DNA from: Candidatus Latescibacterota bacterium
GTDB taxonomy: Bacteria; Latescibacterota; CBDEFO01
Length of the DNA: 64,000 nucleotides
Assembly (NCBI GenBank): GCA_965248755.1
Contig: OZ252149.1
Location: 2,784,001 to 2,848,000 of the forward strand
Reading direction: 5' to 3'
The notes under the pieces: model-generated
Databases searched by the model: none
What the model was told of the DNA's origin: nothing
What the model saw: the letters and a program-made list of their open reading frames with translations, nothing else
Shown: in pieces, positions 1 to 10,227 of the stretch
Layout of the letters: every line of letters begins with the position of its first letter
How positions within the stretch are numbered: the first letter of the stretch is position 1
Made by a program: the position numbers and the translations under genes

Positions 1-1486
1 TCATGTCTAAAAATACCCTGTCATTCCTCACATAACCTACTATCGGAGGATTATTCGCTCTCAAAAGAGCCGAGATCTTCGAAGCGGAGGTGGTGCAACC
101 TGCACTCTGTGTGCGATCACTCTGTGTGCGATCACTCTGTGTGCGATCACTCTGTGTGCGATCACTCTGTGTGCGATCACTCTGTGTGCGATCACTCTGT
201 GTGCGATCACTGCTTGCCGAAATCTCCTTGGGACTTATCGAAACTGAAGCGCTCTGGATCGGCTCCAAAGGGAGTGCTCCGCTTCCCGTCTGAGCCTCAG
301 TCTCCTCCAATTTTAAATCCAGGTTGTCTTTTACATCGTCTAACATTCCGAGCAACCTCCTTCCCCTATCCTTAACAGTATCCAACCCCTCCGTCATCAT
401 CCTTAAGACCGGATGGGTCTTTGCTAGTTCCCCTTCCTGTAGATAGAGCTTCAAAGTCGCCTCCAGCGCCCCGTATATCAGTTTATCGCACCTTAAAGTC
501 CTCATAAGCGGATTCTGCTTGATCATATCTATATATTCTCTCTTTCCTATAATTAGCCCCGCCTGAGGTCCGCCCAGCACCTTATCTCCGCTGAACGTTA
601 CTACATCCGCGCCCCTTTCTATGCTCTCTTTTGCGACCGGTTCATAGGGCAGTCCATATCTCGTCAGATCTATCAGCGCCCCGCTGCCCAGGTCGTTGAC
701 AACGGGAATTCCACACTCAGTCCCTAACTTTATTAATTCATCCAGACCGACTTGGGCCGTAAAACCCGTAATCTTATAGTTGCTCTGATGAACCCGGAGG
801 ATGAGGCCGGTCTTTTCACATATCGCGCTCTGATAATCCTTAAGGTGAGTCCTGTTCGTCGTTCCGACCTCAATCATCTTGGCCCCGCTCTTGTCCATAA
901 CGTCGGGGATCCTGAACGAGCCCCCGATCTCGATCAACTCCCCTCTGGATACTATAGTTTCCTTACTGAAGGACAGTGTGTTCAAAACCAAAAAGACCGC
1001 AGCTGCATTGTTATTGACCACTGCCGCGGCCTCTGCACCCGTCAACTGTCTCAACAGTTGCTCAACGTGATCTGTTCTGTGCCCTCTTTCGCCCGATTCT
1101 AAGTCTATCTCTAAGTTGCAGTACCCCTTCGAAATCTCCATCATCCTCTCCCCTGCTGTCTCTGAAAGGGGAGCGCGCCCCAAGTTGGTATGAAGGATAA
1201 TGCCCGTCGCGTTTACCACTCTTTTCAGGTTCGGCTGAAGCATCTCCTCTGTCTTCTCTCCCACAGACCTGGCTATTTCTCCGACAATCTCATCTCTGCC
1301 AATATCACTTTGATTTTCGTCTGAAATGAGTAGGACCTTGTACTCCTCCAGACCCTCCCTTACGAGGTCCACGATCATCTTTCTGGAATACGTCGAACAG
1401 AGCTTATCCACCTCAGGCAGGGATAGAACGCTGTCCACAGAAGGTAGCTTTGAAAGCAAAGTATGATTTGCTCTGCTGTTTGACAT
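1..1486 (-). CDS. selA: L-seryl-tRNA(Sec) selenium transferase, 3' end runs off the window
   Basis: Manual translation of both ends in one frame from ATG 1486: LKRVVNATGIILHTNLGRAPLS near the N-terminus, and QTGSGALP...LRANNPPIVGYVRNDRVFLDM at the window edge. Its absence from the ORF track fits a frame with no stop inside the window. Confidence 0.95.
   Translation of the reverse strand, partial: MSNSRANHTLLSKLPSVDSVLSLPEVDKLCSTYSRKMIVDLVREGLEEYKVLLISDENQSDIGRDEIVGEIARSVGEKTEEMLQPNLKRVVNATGIILHTNLGRAPLSETAGERMMEISKGYCNLEIDLESGERGHRTDHVEQLLRQLTGAEAAAVVNNNAAAVFLVLNTLSFSKETIVSRGELIEIGGSFRIPDVMDKSGAKMIEVGTTNRTHLKDYQSAICEKTGLILRVHQSNYKITGFTAQVGLDELIKLGTECGIPVVNDLGSGALIDLTRYGLPYEPVAKESIERGADVVTFSGDKVLGGPQAGLIIGKREYIDMIKQNPLMRTLRCDKLIYGALEATLKLYLQEGELAKTHPVLRMMTEGLDTVKDRGRRLLGMLDDVKDNLDLKLEETEAQTGSGALPLEPIQSASVSISPKEISASSDRTQSDRTQSDRTQSDRTQSDRTQSDRTQSDRTQSAGCTTSASKISALLRANNPPIVGYVRNDRVFLDM
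103..211. repeat. 15-bp tandem repeat CACTCTGTGTGCGAT x7 (+4 bp), in frame in selA as (SDRTQ)7
   Basis: Seven perfect copies start at 103, 118, 133, 148, 163, 178 and 193. Confidence 0.97.
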
Positions 1487-1535
1487 CTTTAGTGTCTTTC
1501 TCACAGTAGCTGTAATATCCAACTATCGAGTCTGT

Positions 1536-2567
1536 TTATATCTCCTCCAGAAGGTCGTCCACATTCACGACGCAGTTCCCCTCAATCGAACGATACGCGG
1601 CCTCGATGATCGCCACGGTCTTCAGATTATCCTCTGCCTCGCACAGAAAGGGCTTACCTTTGTCCAGTGCCTCAATGTAATGCCTCATGCCGTTTCCGAA
1701 CGCATCGGGGGACCAACTGCCCTTAATTTCGGGATATATCCTTGTGCCTTCTGACGTGGTTATGCATATCTCCTCAGGTGTCCCCCTTATACAACCTCTA
1801 TCGCCCTGGATGACGATCTCCTCGAGCGAATGTGGCCGGCGCCCATCTTTTCCCCTGAAGCACCAGTTGTTGATAACGACGCACACAACGCCGTTCTTGA
1901 ACTTAATATTTAGCACGCCTAAACTCTCAGCCAGAACCCCCTTCTGAGATGCGTCAGCGGCGGCCACAGCGTAGACAGTATCCGCATCTCCGAACCAATG
2001 TCTGACCAAGGCAAGGTGATGCACCGCCACGTCGCTTATGATCCATCTTTTTCCCTTGGCGAACCAGTGATCCTTTGAGACATCTACCCAGGACCTATTC
2101 TCTATCTGGCAGTAGTAGGGAGTTCCTATATAGAGCTCGTCCCGCACGTATGGTTCTATCGCCTGAAACCCCGGTACAAATACCGAATTCTGGTTCACCA
2201 TCATCGGAGCTCCGTAGGACTTGGCTATATCCACTAACTCTTTGGCCTCGGAAAGATACGACATAAGAGGCTTCTGTATAAAGATCGCCCTGCCCTTTTT
2301 TGCCGCATATTCCACAATCGGCGCCCTGATCTCGAGCTTGTGGGGCACAGTTATGTCTACTATCCTCACGTCGTCTCTGTCTATTAACTCTCGAAAATCG
2401 GTGTAGAGGTCTTCGATCCCGAACTCTTCTCTTGCAAATTTGAAGCGCTCTTCGTCTATATCTGCGCCAGCCACTACTTTCAACCCATAAAGCTTGTAGC
2501 CTTCAAGGTGCCAGCGCGAGATACCTCCCAAGCCTACAATGCCTATGCCCCAGGTTGATGTGTCCAC
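1536..2567 (-). CDS. Gfo/Idh/MocA family oxidoreductase
   Basis: N-terminal GIVGLGGI Rossmann motif, QKP (EKP-like) motif, DVAVHHL. Confidence 0.9.
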   Translation of the reverse strand: MDTSTWGIGIVGLGGISRWHLEGYKLYGLKVVAGADIDEERFKFAREEFGIEDLYTDFRELIDRDDVRIVDITVPHKLEIRAPIVEYAAKKGRAIFIQKPLMSYLSEAKELVDIAKSYGAPMMVNQNSVFVPGFQAIEPYVRDELYIGTPYYCQIENRSWVDVSKDHWFAKGKRWIISDVAVHHLALVRHWFGDADTVYAVAAADASQKGVLAESLGVLNIKFKNGVVCVVINNWCFRGKDGRRPHSLEEIVIQGDRGCIRGTPEEICITTSEGTRIYPEIKGSWSPDAFGNGMRHYIEALDKGKPFLCEAEDNLKTVAIIEAAYRSIEGNCVVNVDDLLEEI

Positions 2568-2582
2568 TTTTATTGTTCCTTT

Positions 2583-4754
2583 TTATGTACGTACTTGTCT
2601 TTGCAGGACTATTGGATGACCTCCTAATAGCTTAGCCTTCAACGGATCGCACGTGAAGATTAGGATCTGTTTTTCGCTGGCGAATTCTCTTATAACTTCT
2701 GATGCTTTCTTTTGTATGTCAGGATCCAGGTTAGCCAGTGGGTCATCCATGATCAGAAACCCGTCTGTCTCTTTCAGAAAGTGGTTAGCCATTGACAAGC
2801 GCAGAGCTAACGCAAGCACATCTTTTTCACCACCGGAAAGCAATTCATTAGATAATAGTTCTCCGTCCCCGCGGACAAATCCTTCTGGAAGACTCTTTTC
2901 CATCTCAACGTGAGGGAATCGGCTCTCGATCATTACGGATACATAGTGTTCTACGTCTTCCTTTAACTCCTCATAAGTGCCTGTATCCATTTCTCCTAAT
3001 AGTTCTGTCGTCAAACCTTTAATCCGAGTGATAGCTTCAGCCCTTCGCAACTCAGATTCAAATTCTTCTTCGGCACCCATCAGTTGTTTTTCCAACTCTT
3101 CCGCCGATTCATCAGGCTCCCCTTTTTCCAATTCCTTCCGGTTAAGGATAAGTTCAGTCCTGTTTTTCTCTTCTGATTCCAATTCTTCCTTTTTTTCATC
3201 GTATTCCTGGATAAACAATTCTACATCGTCTACACCCTCAGGCAAAGGGGTGAGGTTATTTATTTGCTCCTGAATGTCCTTTTCATTTTTTACCACTTCT
3301 GCGAGATACAGTCGGAGTTGATGATAGCTTTCATATTCATCTTCAAGTTCGGCAATCCTCTTATGATGTCGGTCAAGCTCTTCCTCTATACTTTTAATAT
3401 CTTTCTGAATATTAGCGAGGTCTACTGCAATATCTGTCAATGACCTGGTTTCTTTTTCCTGCCCCATCTTTTCAATGCTCAATTCCAGTTCTTCATAAGA
3501 ATATTCCCCTACTTCATTTTTATAATTCTTCCGCGCTTTTTCCACCTCTTGATATTTAAATTTAAATTTGGTCCAGGCAGTAAATATAACAAAGACTGCA
3601 AATAATATAGGGATAACAATAATCCAAAGGGGAAAACTTGGCTTCCATAGCCAAATAAGAGAACACCCGATCATTATTCCACAGGCAGCTATCGTTAATT
3701 TCTTAACTTGCTTTTTCTCTTTTACTCTTTCAAAGCTCTCTCTCAGTTTTTTATTCTTTTCCTCTTTCTCCGCCTCTTTTTGCTCCTGCTCCAATGCGCT
3801 TTTTTTCTCTTCGAATTCGGATGACTGCTTTTTTATCTCGTCAATGTTGCTCTCAACAACTGGCCAATCTGTCTTGTCTTCTTCGTAATTGTTGATTTTT
3901 ACTTGTATGGCTTCTAATTCTGCGTTTAATGGCCGGCGTTGTCTCGCATCCTCCACAGCCTTTGCGTTTTCTTCGATATAATTCTCTTTTTCTTCTATTT
4001 GCTCGTCATATTTCGCAATCTGTTGGTTAATCCTATCAAGCGCCTCCTCATATTCTTGAGCTTTCGCAATATCCTTTTTTATTGTCTCCTTCTTATAAAA
4101 GGCACTGAGAACAATACCCGGAAACTTGAAAGGATTCTCAATACCTCGCCTATCCTTGGGGAATTCTTGTTCCCGGTCCCAATACTTGAAATAATCATCA
4201 TATTGACTTTGGAGCTGCTCTCTGAATTTATCTATTGAAACACCATCTGTTGCCTGGACTGCTTTCCGAAGAATATCTCCCAAAGTTTGCACAGTTTCGC
4301 GATCATTTGTTAATTCGTCAAGAGTTTTGGAAAGCCCCGATTGAGAGGTCATTAGCACCGATTTATAGGTTCCCTCTTTCGCGTATAGAAACGATTCTAA
4401 CTGTTGCGATATGGCAGTTTCATCCGTTACAACTGAACCATCCGGAAGCTCTAATGTCGCAGACTGAGTAGCCCCCCATATTCGGTTCAGAATGTAGGTT
4501 CCCCTATTATGGTCAAAGTGTAATTCTACAGAAACGGTATCTCCAACACCAATTGGGAGAAATCTTGCTATTTCACTCTTAAATTTAGTGTCGGTGAGTA
4601 TTGCTGGCGTGAAAAGGACTTTTTGGATCGCATTGAAAACCGTAGATTTACCTGCCCCAGTGTCTCCCCAAATGGTGTTGAGTCCGGGCTCAAAACTGAG
4701 ATTCCTATTGCTTAATGCACCAAACGGATTGAGCTTAACCTTTGTAATAATCAT
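2583..4754 (-). CDS. SbcC/Rad50-like (YhaN-type) ATPase with central transmembrane hairpin
   Basis: Walker A GDTGAGKST, long coiled coil, LSGGE signature, Walker B LIMDDP; adjacent to an SbcD-like gene. Confidence 0.88.
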   Translation of the reverse strand: MIITKVKLNPFGALSNRNLSFEPGLNTIWGDTGAGKSTVFNAIQKVLFTPAILTDTKFKSEIARFLPIGVGDTVSVELHFDHNRGTYILNRIWGATQSATLELPDGSVVTDETAISQQLESFLYAKEGTYKSVLMTSQSGLSKTLDELTNDRETVQTLGDILRKAVQATDGVSIDKFREQLQSQYDDYFKYWDREQEFPKDRRGIENPFKFPGIVLSAFYKKETIKKDIAKAQEYEEALDRINQQIAKYDEQIEEKENYIEENAKAVEDARQRRPLNAELEAIQVKINNYEEDKTDWPVVESNIDEIKKQSSEFEEKKSALEQEQKEAEKEEKNKKLRESFERVKEKKQVKKLTIAACGIMIGCSLIWLWKPSFPLWIIVIPILFAVFVIFTAWTKFKFKYQEVEKARKNYKNEVGEYSYEELELSIEKMGQEKETRSLTDIAVDLANIQKDIKSIEEELDRHHKRIAELEDEYESYHQLRLYLAEVVKNEKDIQEQINNLTPLPEGVDDVELFIQEYDEKKEELESEEKNRTELILNRKELEKGEPDESAEELEKQLMGAEEEFESELRRAEAITRIKGLTTELLGEMDTGTYEELKEDVEHYVSVMIESRFPHVEMEKSLPEGFVRGDGELLSNELLSGGEKDVLALALRLSMANHFLKETDGFLIMDDPLANLDPDIQKKASEVIREFASEKQILIFTCDPLKAKLLGGHPIVLQRQVRT

Positions 4755-5875
4755 TCTCTAACCTTCTGGATCAGGTCATAAGCGATTTGCAAGGACTCAA
4801 AGTCCTCCTCCTCGGCAAGTTTACTTAATAACTTGTGTGGGAAGGATTCTTGAGTGAACTCACTGTCGATCGCATCTAGTGTGATCTCTTCTGTAACTTC
4901 GCTGTCATCCCACTCTTGCAGGTGGAAGAGTTGATTTTCAATCTCTTCTTTCAATTCACGTAGGCTGTTGTACTCGTCTCTTGGGAGTCGCCCCTTCAAT
5001 TTCAACTTTAACAAAGTCTTGGTATGCGTTGGTTCGGAATATTTGGTCTTCAACATAGCCAGGTCTGTACCACTCTTGACTTCAACTTCATCGTGGAAAA
5101 ACCGATACTGTCCCGTAGAGATAGAAGTAGGTTGTATCTTCTTATCCTCGTCCAATTCTATGATCCAGGCTTTCCCTTCGTGCTTGCAATCGAAACCATT
5201 CGGCTCAGGCGTGCTAGGATAAAAGATTAGGTCATAGTCTCCGGGACCCGGAAGTTGAATACGGTCCGTGTGTCCCATTAGCCACAGGTCAACTTCGCAA
5301 TCCAGAAGATCAGTCCGCGTCATAGGATAATAGCTTTTCTCAAAGTCTGGAGAGACTCCTTCCAGACTACCATGGGCGATACCAATGTGATATTTAACCC
5401 CCTTATCCTTCAGTGTTTCTTTTATCCAACCTACATAATTTTCACTTGAATTTTTGGCATCACATGGGGCAGGATACAGATTGACATCCAAATCGTAGTG
5501 CTCCAGGGGATAAATCTTTTTTTCTTCGAGCACCAGCACATTATCATTATCACCAATGTTTCCTTTGAAAGTTGTCCATAACTCACTTTGCCCACTCGAT
5601 ATATAATCATGATTACCGGGAAGAACGGAAACCAAACGTCCTTGGAATTGACTCAGTATTTGTGCTGCTTTAAGCACATCGGGTTTGGCAATTGAAATGC
5701 GGTCAAAGAGATCGCCAGCTACAACAAACAGATCGCACTGTTCTGAGCTTGCCCGTTCTACCAGATTCTCTAAGGTCGTAAACCGCGCTTCGCTTAGTTC
5801 CGTTTGCACCTCGGGGTATCCTGCAAACTTCATCCCCAAGTGAACATCGGCCGTATGGAAGATTTTCAATGACAT
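4751..5875 (-). CDS. SbcD/Mre11-like (YhaO-type) metallophosphoesterase nuclease
   Basis: HTADVHLG, AGDLFD, PGNHD, AHG and GH motifs; 4-bp overlap with the ATPase gene. Confidence 0.92.
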   Translation of the reverse strand: MSLKIFHTADVHLGMKFAGYPEVQTELSEARFTTLENLVERASSEQCDLFVVAGDLFDRISIAKPDVLKAAQILSQFQGRLVSVLPGNHDYISSGQSELWTTFKGNIGDNDNVLVLEEKKIYPLEHYDLDVNLYPAPCDAKNSSENYVGWIKETLKDKGVKYHIGIAHGSLEGVSPDFEKSYYPMTRTDLLDCEVDLWLMGHTDRIQLPGPGDYDLIFYPSTPEPNGFDCKHEGKAWIIELDEDKKIQPTSISTGQYRFFHDEVEVKSGTDLAMLKTKYSEPTHTKTLLKLKLKGRLPRDEYNSLRELKEEIENQLFHLQEWDDSEVTEEITLDAIDSEFTQESFPHKLLSKLAEEEDFESLQIAYDLIQKVRE

Positions 5876-5936
5876 TTCAAGGAGCCTCCCGACTTAATTT
5901 TAATTACACATCTGTGCCCCTTTAGAACCAGTACGC

Positions 5937-7208
5937 CTAAAATACTCCTAAATTGCCATCAGAGTCAAACGCCATCTCCTTTGCGTCTGTTACCATCTGT
6001 AAGTCGTCCCTTCCTTCCATCTGATCTAGGTATGCCTCAGATGCATCTACTTCTTTCAACATCAGTGTGTTCTTTACTCTTAGGACCTTAGCATCTTCTG
6101 GCTCGATCAGACCGATAGTCGAAAGTGCGGCGTCCAAGACCTCCCTGTCCGTATCCATGGCAATAGGAACATAGCCCGCCTTGGGATTTACCGCTGTTAT
6201 GCAGTTTATGTATGTATCCTTGAACTTTATCTTGTCCGTCAAACTGTGGGTCGTAAAATCTGCAAAGCCTATCCCTGAGGCGTTCCCTTTGGCCTCGTTT
6301 GTCAGGTCTCTTACAAATATCCTTGTAACTTTCGGTCCACCTACGTCCTCCAGGGTTAGATTCATAGCCACGTGTTTTCTCCCAATAACGTTGGTGTCCA
6401 TCCCTGTTCCGCTTATGTTCTTTCCCATCTCATCCACGATCAAGAGATCGACTGGATCAAAGGGGAGTTTGGCAAGCCACTCTTTAGCTTGCTTCAGGAG
6501 GGCCTTTTCTTCTTCCTCTATATTCTCCGGTTCGACAGCCCTAATGACGGCAGTCTGATCGTATCCATTTTCAAGCGTCGCCATCCCGCAGAGTATTGGG
6601 CAGTTTGAAAGCATAAACCTCCCCACAGTCCTTACGATCCTGTCGAAGGAGAAGTTTACGATCGCTCTATGATAGATCTTTGCTCCTTCGTGCTTCCCCA
6701 TTCCGATCATCATCATCTTCATCATTCCGCTTTCTATCTCGCCCACGAAATCGGTGTGCGGCTTCACCCTGTTGGCGACCACGATGTGGTCGGCTTCCGA
6801 CGCATATTTGTCCAGATAGATGGGTATGGATAGATAGTCCTCCTCCACCGTCCCGACCTTAATCACCTCCATAGACGATTTTAGGGGACATCCCATCGTC
6901 TCCTCTGAGATCCCGTAGCTCCTTAGGATCTCACTTTGTCCCTCCGCGGTCCCGCCTCCGTGGCTCCCCATAGCGGGGACGATGAACGGTTCTGCTCCTA
7001 AGGACTTAAAGACGTCCACCATAGTCCTTATGATTACGTCTATATTTGCAATTCCTCGACTTCCCGCAGTGATTGCCACGCTCTGCCCCCCCTTCACCTG
7101 TGACCCCACGTTTATGGCCTCCATCTGATTCTTCACCTCTCCTGCCACATCCTTCACCACAGGAGCGTCAAATCTCTGATTCAATCTGAACATCCTCGGA
7201 TAGTCCAT
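5937..7208 (-). CDS. Lactate racemase (LarA-like) domain protein
   Basis: AITAGSRGIANI, PAMGSHGGGTAEGQ, NRVKPHTDF and GKNISGTGMDTNVIGR motifs; start placed at MDYP after GGAGG. Confidence 0.75.
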   Translation of the reverse strand: MDYPRMFRLNQRFDAPVVKDVAGEVKNQMEAINVGSQVKGGQSVAITAGSRGIANIDVIIRTMVDVFKSLGAEPFIVPAMGSHGGGTAEGQSEILRSYGISEETMGCPLKSSMEVIKVGTVEEDYLSIPIYLDKYASEADHIVVANRVKPHTDFVGEIESGMMKMMMIGMGKHEGAKIYHRAIVNFSFDRIVRTVGRFMLSNCPILCGMATLENGYDQTAVIRAVEPENIEEEEKALLKQAKEWLAKLPFDPVDLLIVDEMGKNISGTGMDTNVIGRKHVAMNLTLEDVGGPKVTRIFVRDLTNEAKGNASGIGFADFTTHSLTDKIKFKDTYINCITAVNPKAGYVPIAMDTDREVLDAALSTIGLIEPEDAKVLRVKNTLMLKEVDASEAYLDQMEGRDDLQMVTDAKEMAFDSDGNLGVF

Positions 7209-7284
7209 GATTATCCTCCGGTTTCTTTTCCCCGAAAGTGCTTCGATACTTATCGAGTGTCTAAATAAAATAAACGTTGACAAT

Positions 7285-8049
7285 CTATCCTGCCGTCCAG
7301 CCTCCGTCCACGTAGATTATCTGACCTGTTACAAAATCCGACGCCTCCGACGCTAAAAACGCAAACGTCCCCTTCAGATCTTCAGGGGTTCCCCATCTTC
7401 CCATAGGAGTTCTGGACAGGATATGCTCGTTCCTTTGTCTATCCTCCATTATAGGTTTTGTTAAATCGGTGGCGATAAATCCCGGCGCTATGGCGTTCAC
7501 ATTGATGTTGTATTTCGCCCATTCTACAGCCAAGGTCTTGGTCAAAATCACCAGGCCGCCCTTGCTGGATCCGTATGCCAGGGTGGTGCGAATTCCGATT
7601 GTGGACGTCAGGGACGCCGTATTTATGATCTTGCCCTTTTTCCTTTTGATCATCTCCCTTCCGGCAAGCTGACAGCATAGAAAGACCCCCTTTAGGTTCA
7701 CATCCAGCACCCTGTCCCACTCATCCTCCGGGAAGTCCTCAGCTGCAATTCGATAGGTTGTACCCGCATTGTTGACCAGAATATCTATCTTCCCAAACTC
7801 ATCGAGCGCGGTCTCTATCAATCTCTCTATGTCCTCTTTTACTCCCATATCCCCCGGAACTGCGACTACCTTTCTTCCCAGTTTCCTTATCTCATCAGCT
7901 GTACTTTCCAGCCTGTCTGTGTTCCTGCTATTTAGGACTATATCCGCTCCCGCCTCGGCCAGAGCCATCGCGGCTCCCCTGCCTATTCCCCGGCTCCCGC
8001 CCGTAACAACCCCGACATTCCCCGCCAGGCTCATCTTGTCAAGTATCAT
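7285..8049 (-). CDS. SDR oxidoreductase (KduD/gluconate 5-dehydrogenase-like)
   Basis: TGGSRGIG, NNAG, YGSSK and NAIAPG motifs; start placed at MILD after GGAGG. Confidence 0.88.
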   Translation of the reverse strand: MILDKMSLAGNVGVVTGGSRGIGRGAAMALAEAGADIVLNSRNTDRLESTADEIRKLGRKVVAVPGDMGVKEDIERLIETALDEFGKIDILVNNAGTTYRIAAEDFPEDEWDRVLDVNLKGVFLCCQLAGREMIKRKKGKIINTASLTSTIGIRTTLAYGSSKGGLVILTKTLAVEWAKYNINVNAIAPGFIATDLTKPIMEDRQRNEHILSRTPMGRWGTPEDLKGTFAFLASEASDFVTGQIIYVDGGWTAG

Positions 8050-8069
8050 AAAGTATCCTCCATCTCTGT

Positions 8070-9191
8070 CTACGTTGACGCTCTTACACAATCAGCCCAT
8101 GTTCTCATATATTTAATCCCCGCAATGATGTCATTTTGACTCACTTTATCCGTCACAATCACTTTTCCAATCCTTTCGGGGAGCACAAATCTTATCACAC
8201 CTTCTTTTACCTTTTTATCGGATTTCATCCTATCCAAAATATCGCTCGTAGATATATTCTCAATTCCCTTCGGGACCTCTACTCTTGACAATAGGCTGTT
8301 TTGACGCTCAAGGTCATCTTTCTTGAACAGACCCAATCTTTCTGCTATACTTCCCGCTGCGACCATGCCCAAAATCACTGCCTCGCCGTGCCTGTACACG
8401 CTGTAATTTCCCGCAGCCTCGATAGCGTGCCCGACCGTATGCCCGTAGTTCAAAGTTGCCCTCAAATCTCCCTCTTCTTTTTCATCTCCACTCACAATAT
8501 GCGCTTTTATGCGGCAGTTCCTGGCAATTAGGTCGTCCATCTGATCTGCTGAGACCTTCAGTTCCAGTATATCCTCTAAATTATCCTCCAAAAATGAAAA
8601 GAGTTCCTCGTCGGCGATCAAGCCGTGCTTTATGACCTCCGCTATGCCTGATCTTATCTCCTCTTGGGGGAGCGACCTTAAAAGATCGGTGTCCACAAGC
8701 ACAAACCTCGGCTGGTGAAACGCTCCGATCAGATTCTTTCCTAACTTATGGTCTACAGCAACCTTGCCCCCTATGCTGGCATCCACCTGGGCCACGATAG
8801 AGGTCGGGACCTGAACCAAGTCTATGCCCCTCAGGAACGTAGCTGCCACAAATCCCGCTGTATCTCCTATGACGCCTCCTCCTAACGCCACTATCGCCGA
8901 ACTTCTGTCGAGCCTGCTTTCTATCAGCTTTTCGTAGATCACATCCGCCGTCTCCAGATTTTTGTGCTCCTCGCCGTCCGGTATCACCACATCCACAACC
9001 TCTAAGTCCACCTTCTTGAGGCTGTGAGATGCGATATCCAAGTACGAATCGGCGACAGACATGCTGGATATTACCGCTGCCTTTCTGCCAAGTTCGTGCC
9101 TTTTATAGTACTCGCCCAACTGTGCCAGTACCCCATGTCCCACGTATATAGGATAGCTCCTGTCACCCAAATTTACAACTATCTTTTCCAC
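8070..9191 (-). CDS. aroB: 3-dehydroquinate synthase
   Basis: ALGGGVIGD, GKNLIGAFHQP and LNYGHTVGHAIE motifs. Confidence 0.97.
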   Translation of the reverse strand: MEKIVVNLGDRSYPIYVGHGVLAQLGEYYKRHELGRKAAVISSMSVADSYLDIASHSLKKVDLEVVDVVIPDGEEHKNLETADVIYEKLIESRLDRSSAIVALGGGVIGDTAGFVAATFLRGIDLVQVPTSIVAQVDASIGGKVAVDHKLGKNLIGAFHQPRFVLVDTDLLRSLPQEEIRSGIAEVIKHGLIADEELFSFLEDNLEDILELKVSADQMDDLIARNCRIKAHIVSGDEKEEGDLRATLNYGHTVGHAIEAAGNYSVYRHGEAVILGMVAAGSIAERLGLFKKDDLERQNSLLSRVEVPKGIENISTSDILDRMKSDKKVKEGVIRFVLPERIGKVIVTDKVSQNDIIAGIKYMRTWADCVRAST

Positions 9192-9225
9192 CCTGTCTCT
9201 TAGTTCCTTTCTACAACCTATGTTC

Positions 9226-10188
9226 TCACTTATCTCTCAACAGCGCGCGCTCCACAAAGTGAGAGACAAGCGCCTCAAAGGAGATACCGACGGCTCGAGC
9301 TGCATCTGGATAAAGGCTGGTCGGCGTCATTCCCGGCAACGTGTTGATCTCGATGACTACGGGCTCTCCTTCTTCTGGAACGATGAAATCCACCCTCGAT
9401 AGATCCCTGCAGCAGAGCGCTTCATGTGCCAGTGTGGCGATTTCCTGAGTGAGGCGATACTGCACCTCTGGAAGCGGAGCAGGGATGATGTGTTCGCTCA
9501 GGCCCGGTGCGTAGCGATGTTCATAGTCATACCACGAACCTGGAGGTGTTAGAATCTCAATTACCGGCAACGCTTCTATCCCATCTCGTTCGAGAATTCC
9601 CACAGTTATCTCACGACCCTCGATGCGTTTCTCAACAAGGACCCTCTCGTCGTAGGAAAAAGCAGCATCTATCGCCCCTTCAAGATCTGTCAAGTCCTCT
9701 CCAAATAGAATTCCGAGAGCAGAACCCTGACTGGAGGGTTTGACCACCACATCAGATCCCAGCACATCAAGAACGCGCTCTGCTGCACACGAAGCACCCT
9801 CGCTCCGGTGGATGACAATATCCTTTGCCACGGGCAGTCCATTGGCTCGAAAGATCTGTTTGGAAACTATCTTGTCCATTCCGCAGGCGCTGGCCAGTAC
9901 ACCGCTGCCGACGTACGGGATGCCTAAAATTTCAAGAAGTCCTTGAAATGTGCCATCCTCACCCGGGGGGCCATGGAAAGCAGGAAACACGATATCTACT
10001 TGTGTATCTCTAAGGGCTTCTACAATTTTGTCATCGTGCTCAAGGATAGTCACATTTTTATAAGTGGCACGAAGGGCGTCGGCGATGCATCTCCCTGAGA
10101 CTCGGGAAACCTCCGCTTCAGGCGAAGGTCCGCCGCATACGACAGCGATAGATGGCTTCTCCTTTTGAGACATAGCATAACCTTTCAT
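9226..10188 (-). CDS. ddl: D-alanine--D-alanine ligase
   Basis: GGPSPEAEVS, HGPPGEDG and EINTLPGMT motifs of the ATP-grasp Ddl family. Confidence 0.93.
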   Translation of the reverse strand: MKGYAMSQKEKPSIAVVCGGPSPEAEVSRVSGRCIADALRATYKNVTILEHDDKIVEALRDTQVDIVFPAFHGPPGEDGTFQGLLEILGIPYVGSGVLASACGMDKIVSKQIFRANGLPVAKDIVIHRSEGASCAAERVLDVLGSDVVVKPSSQGSALGILFGEDLTDLEGAIDAAFSYDERVLVEKRIEGREITVGILERDGIEALPVIEILTPPGSWYDYEHRYAPGLSEHIIPAPLPEVQYRLTQEIATLAHEALCCRDLSRVDFIVPEEGEPVVIEINTLPGMTPTSLYPDAARAVGISFEALVSHFVERALLRDK

Positions 10189-10227
10189 TTATGGACGAAA
10201 GGAAAGGTTCTGTTGGTTTTTAATTTC

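Noticed and set aside
90..375. Plus-strand Cys-rich repeat ORFs (LCVRS)n and (VCDHS)n, or a CRISPR array
   Set aside because: They are antisense shadows of selA. The repeats are contiguous with no spacers, so this is not CRISPR.
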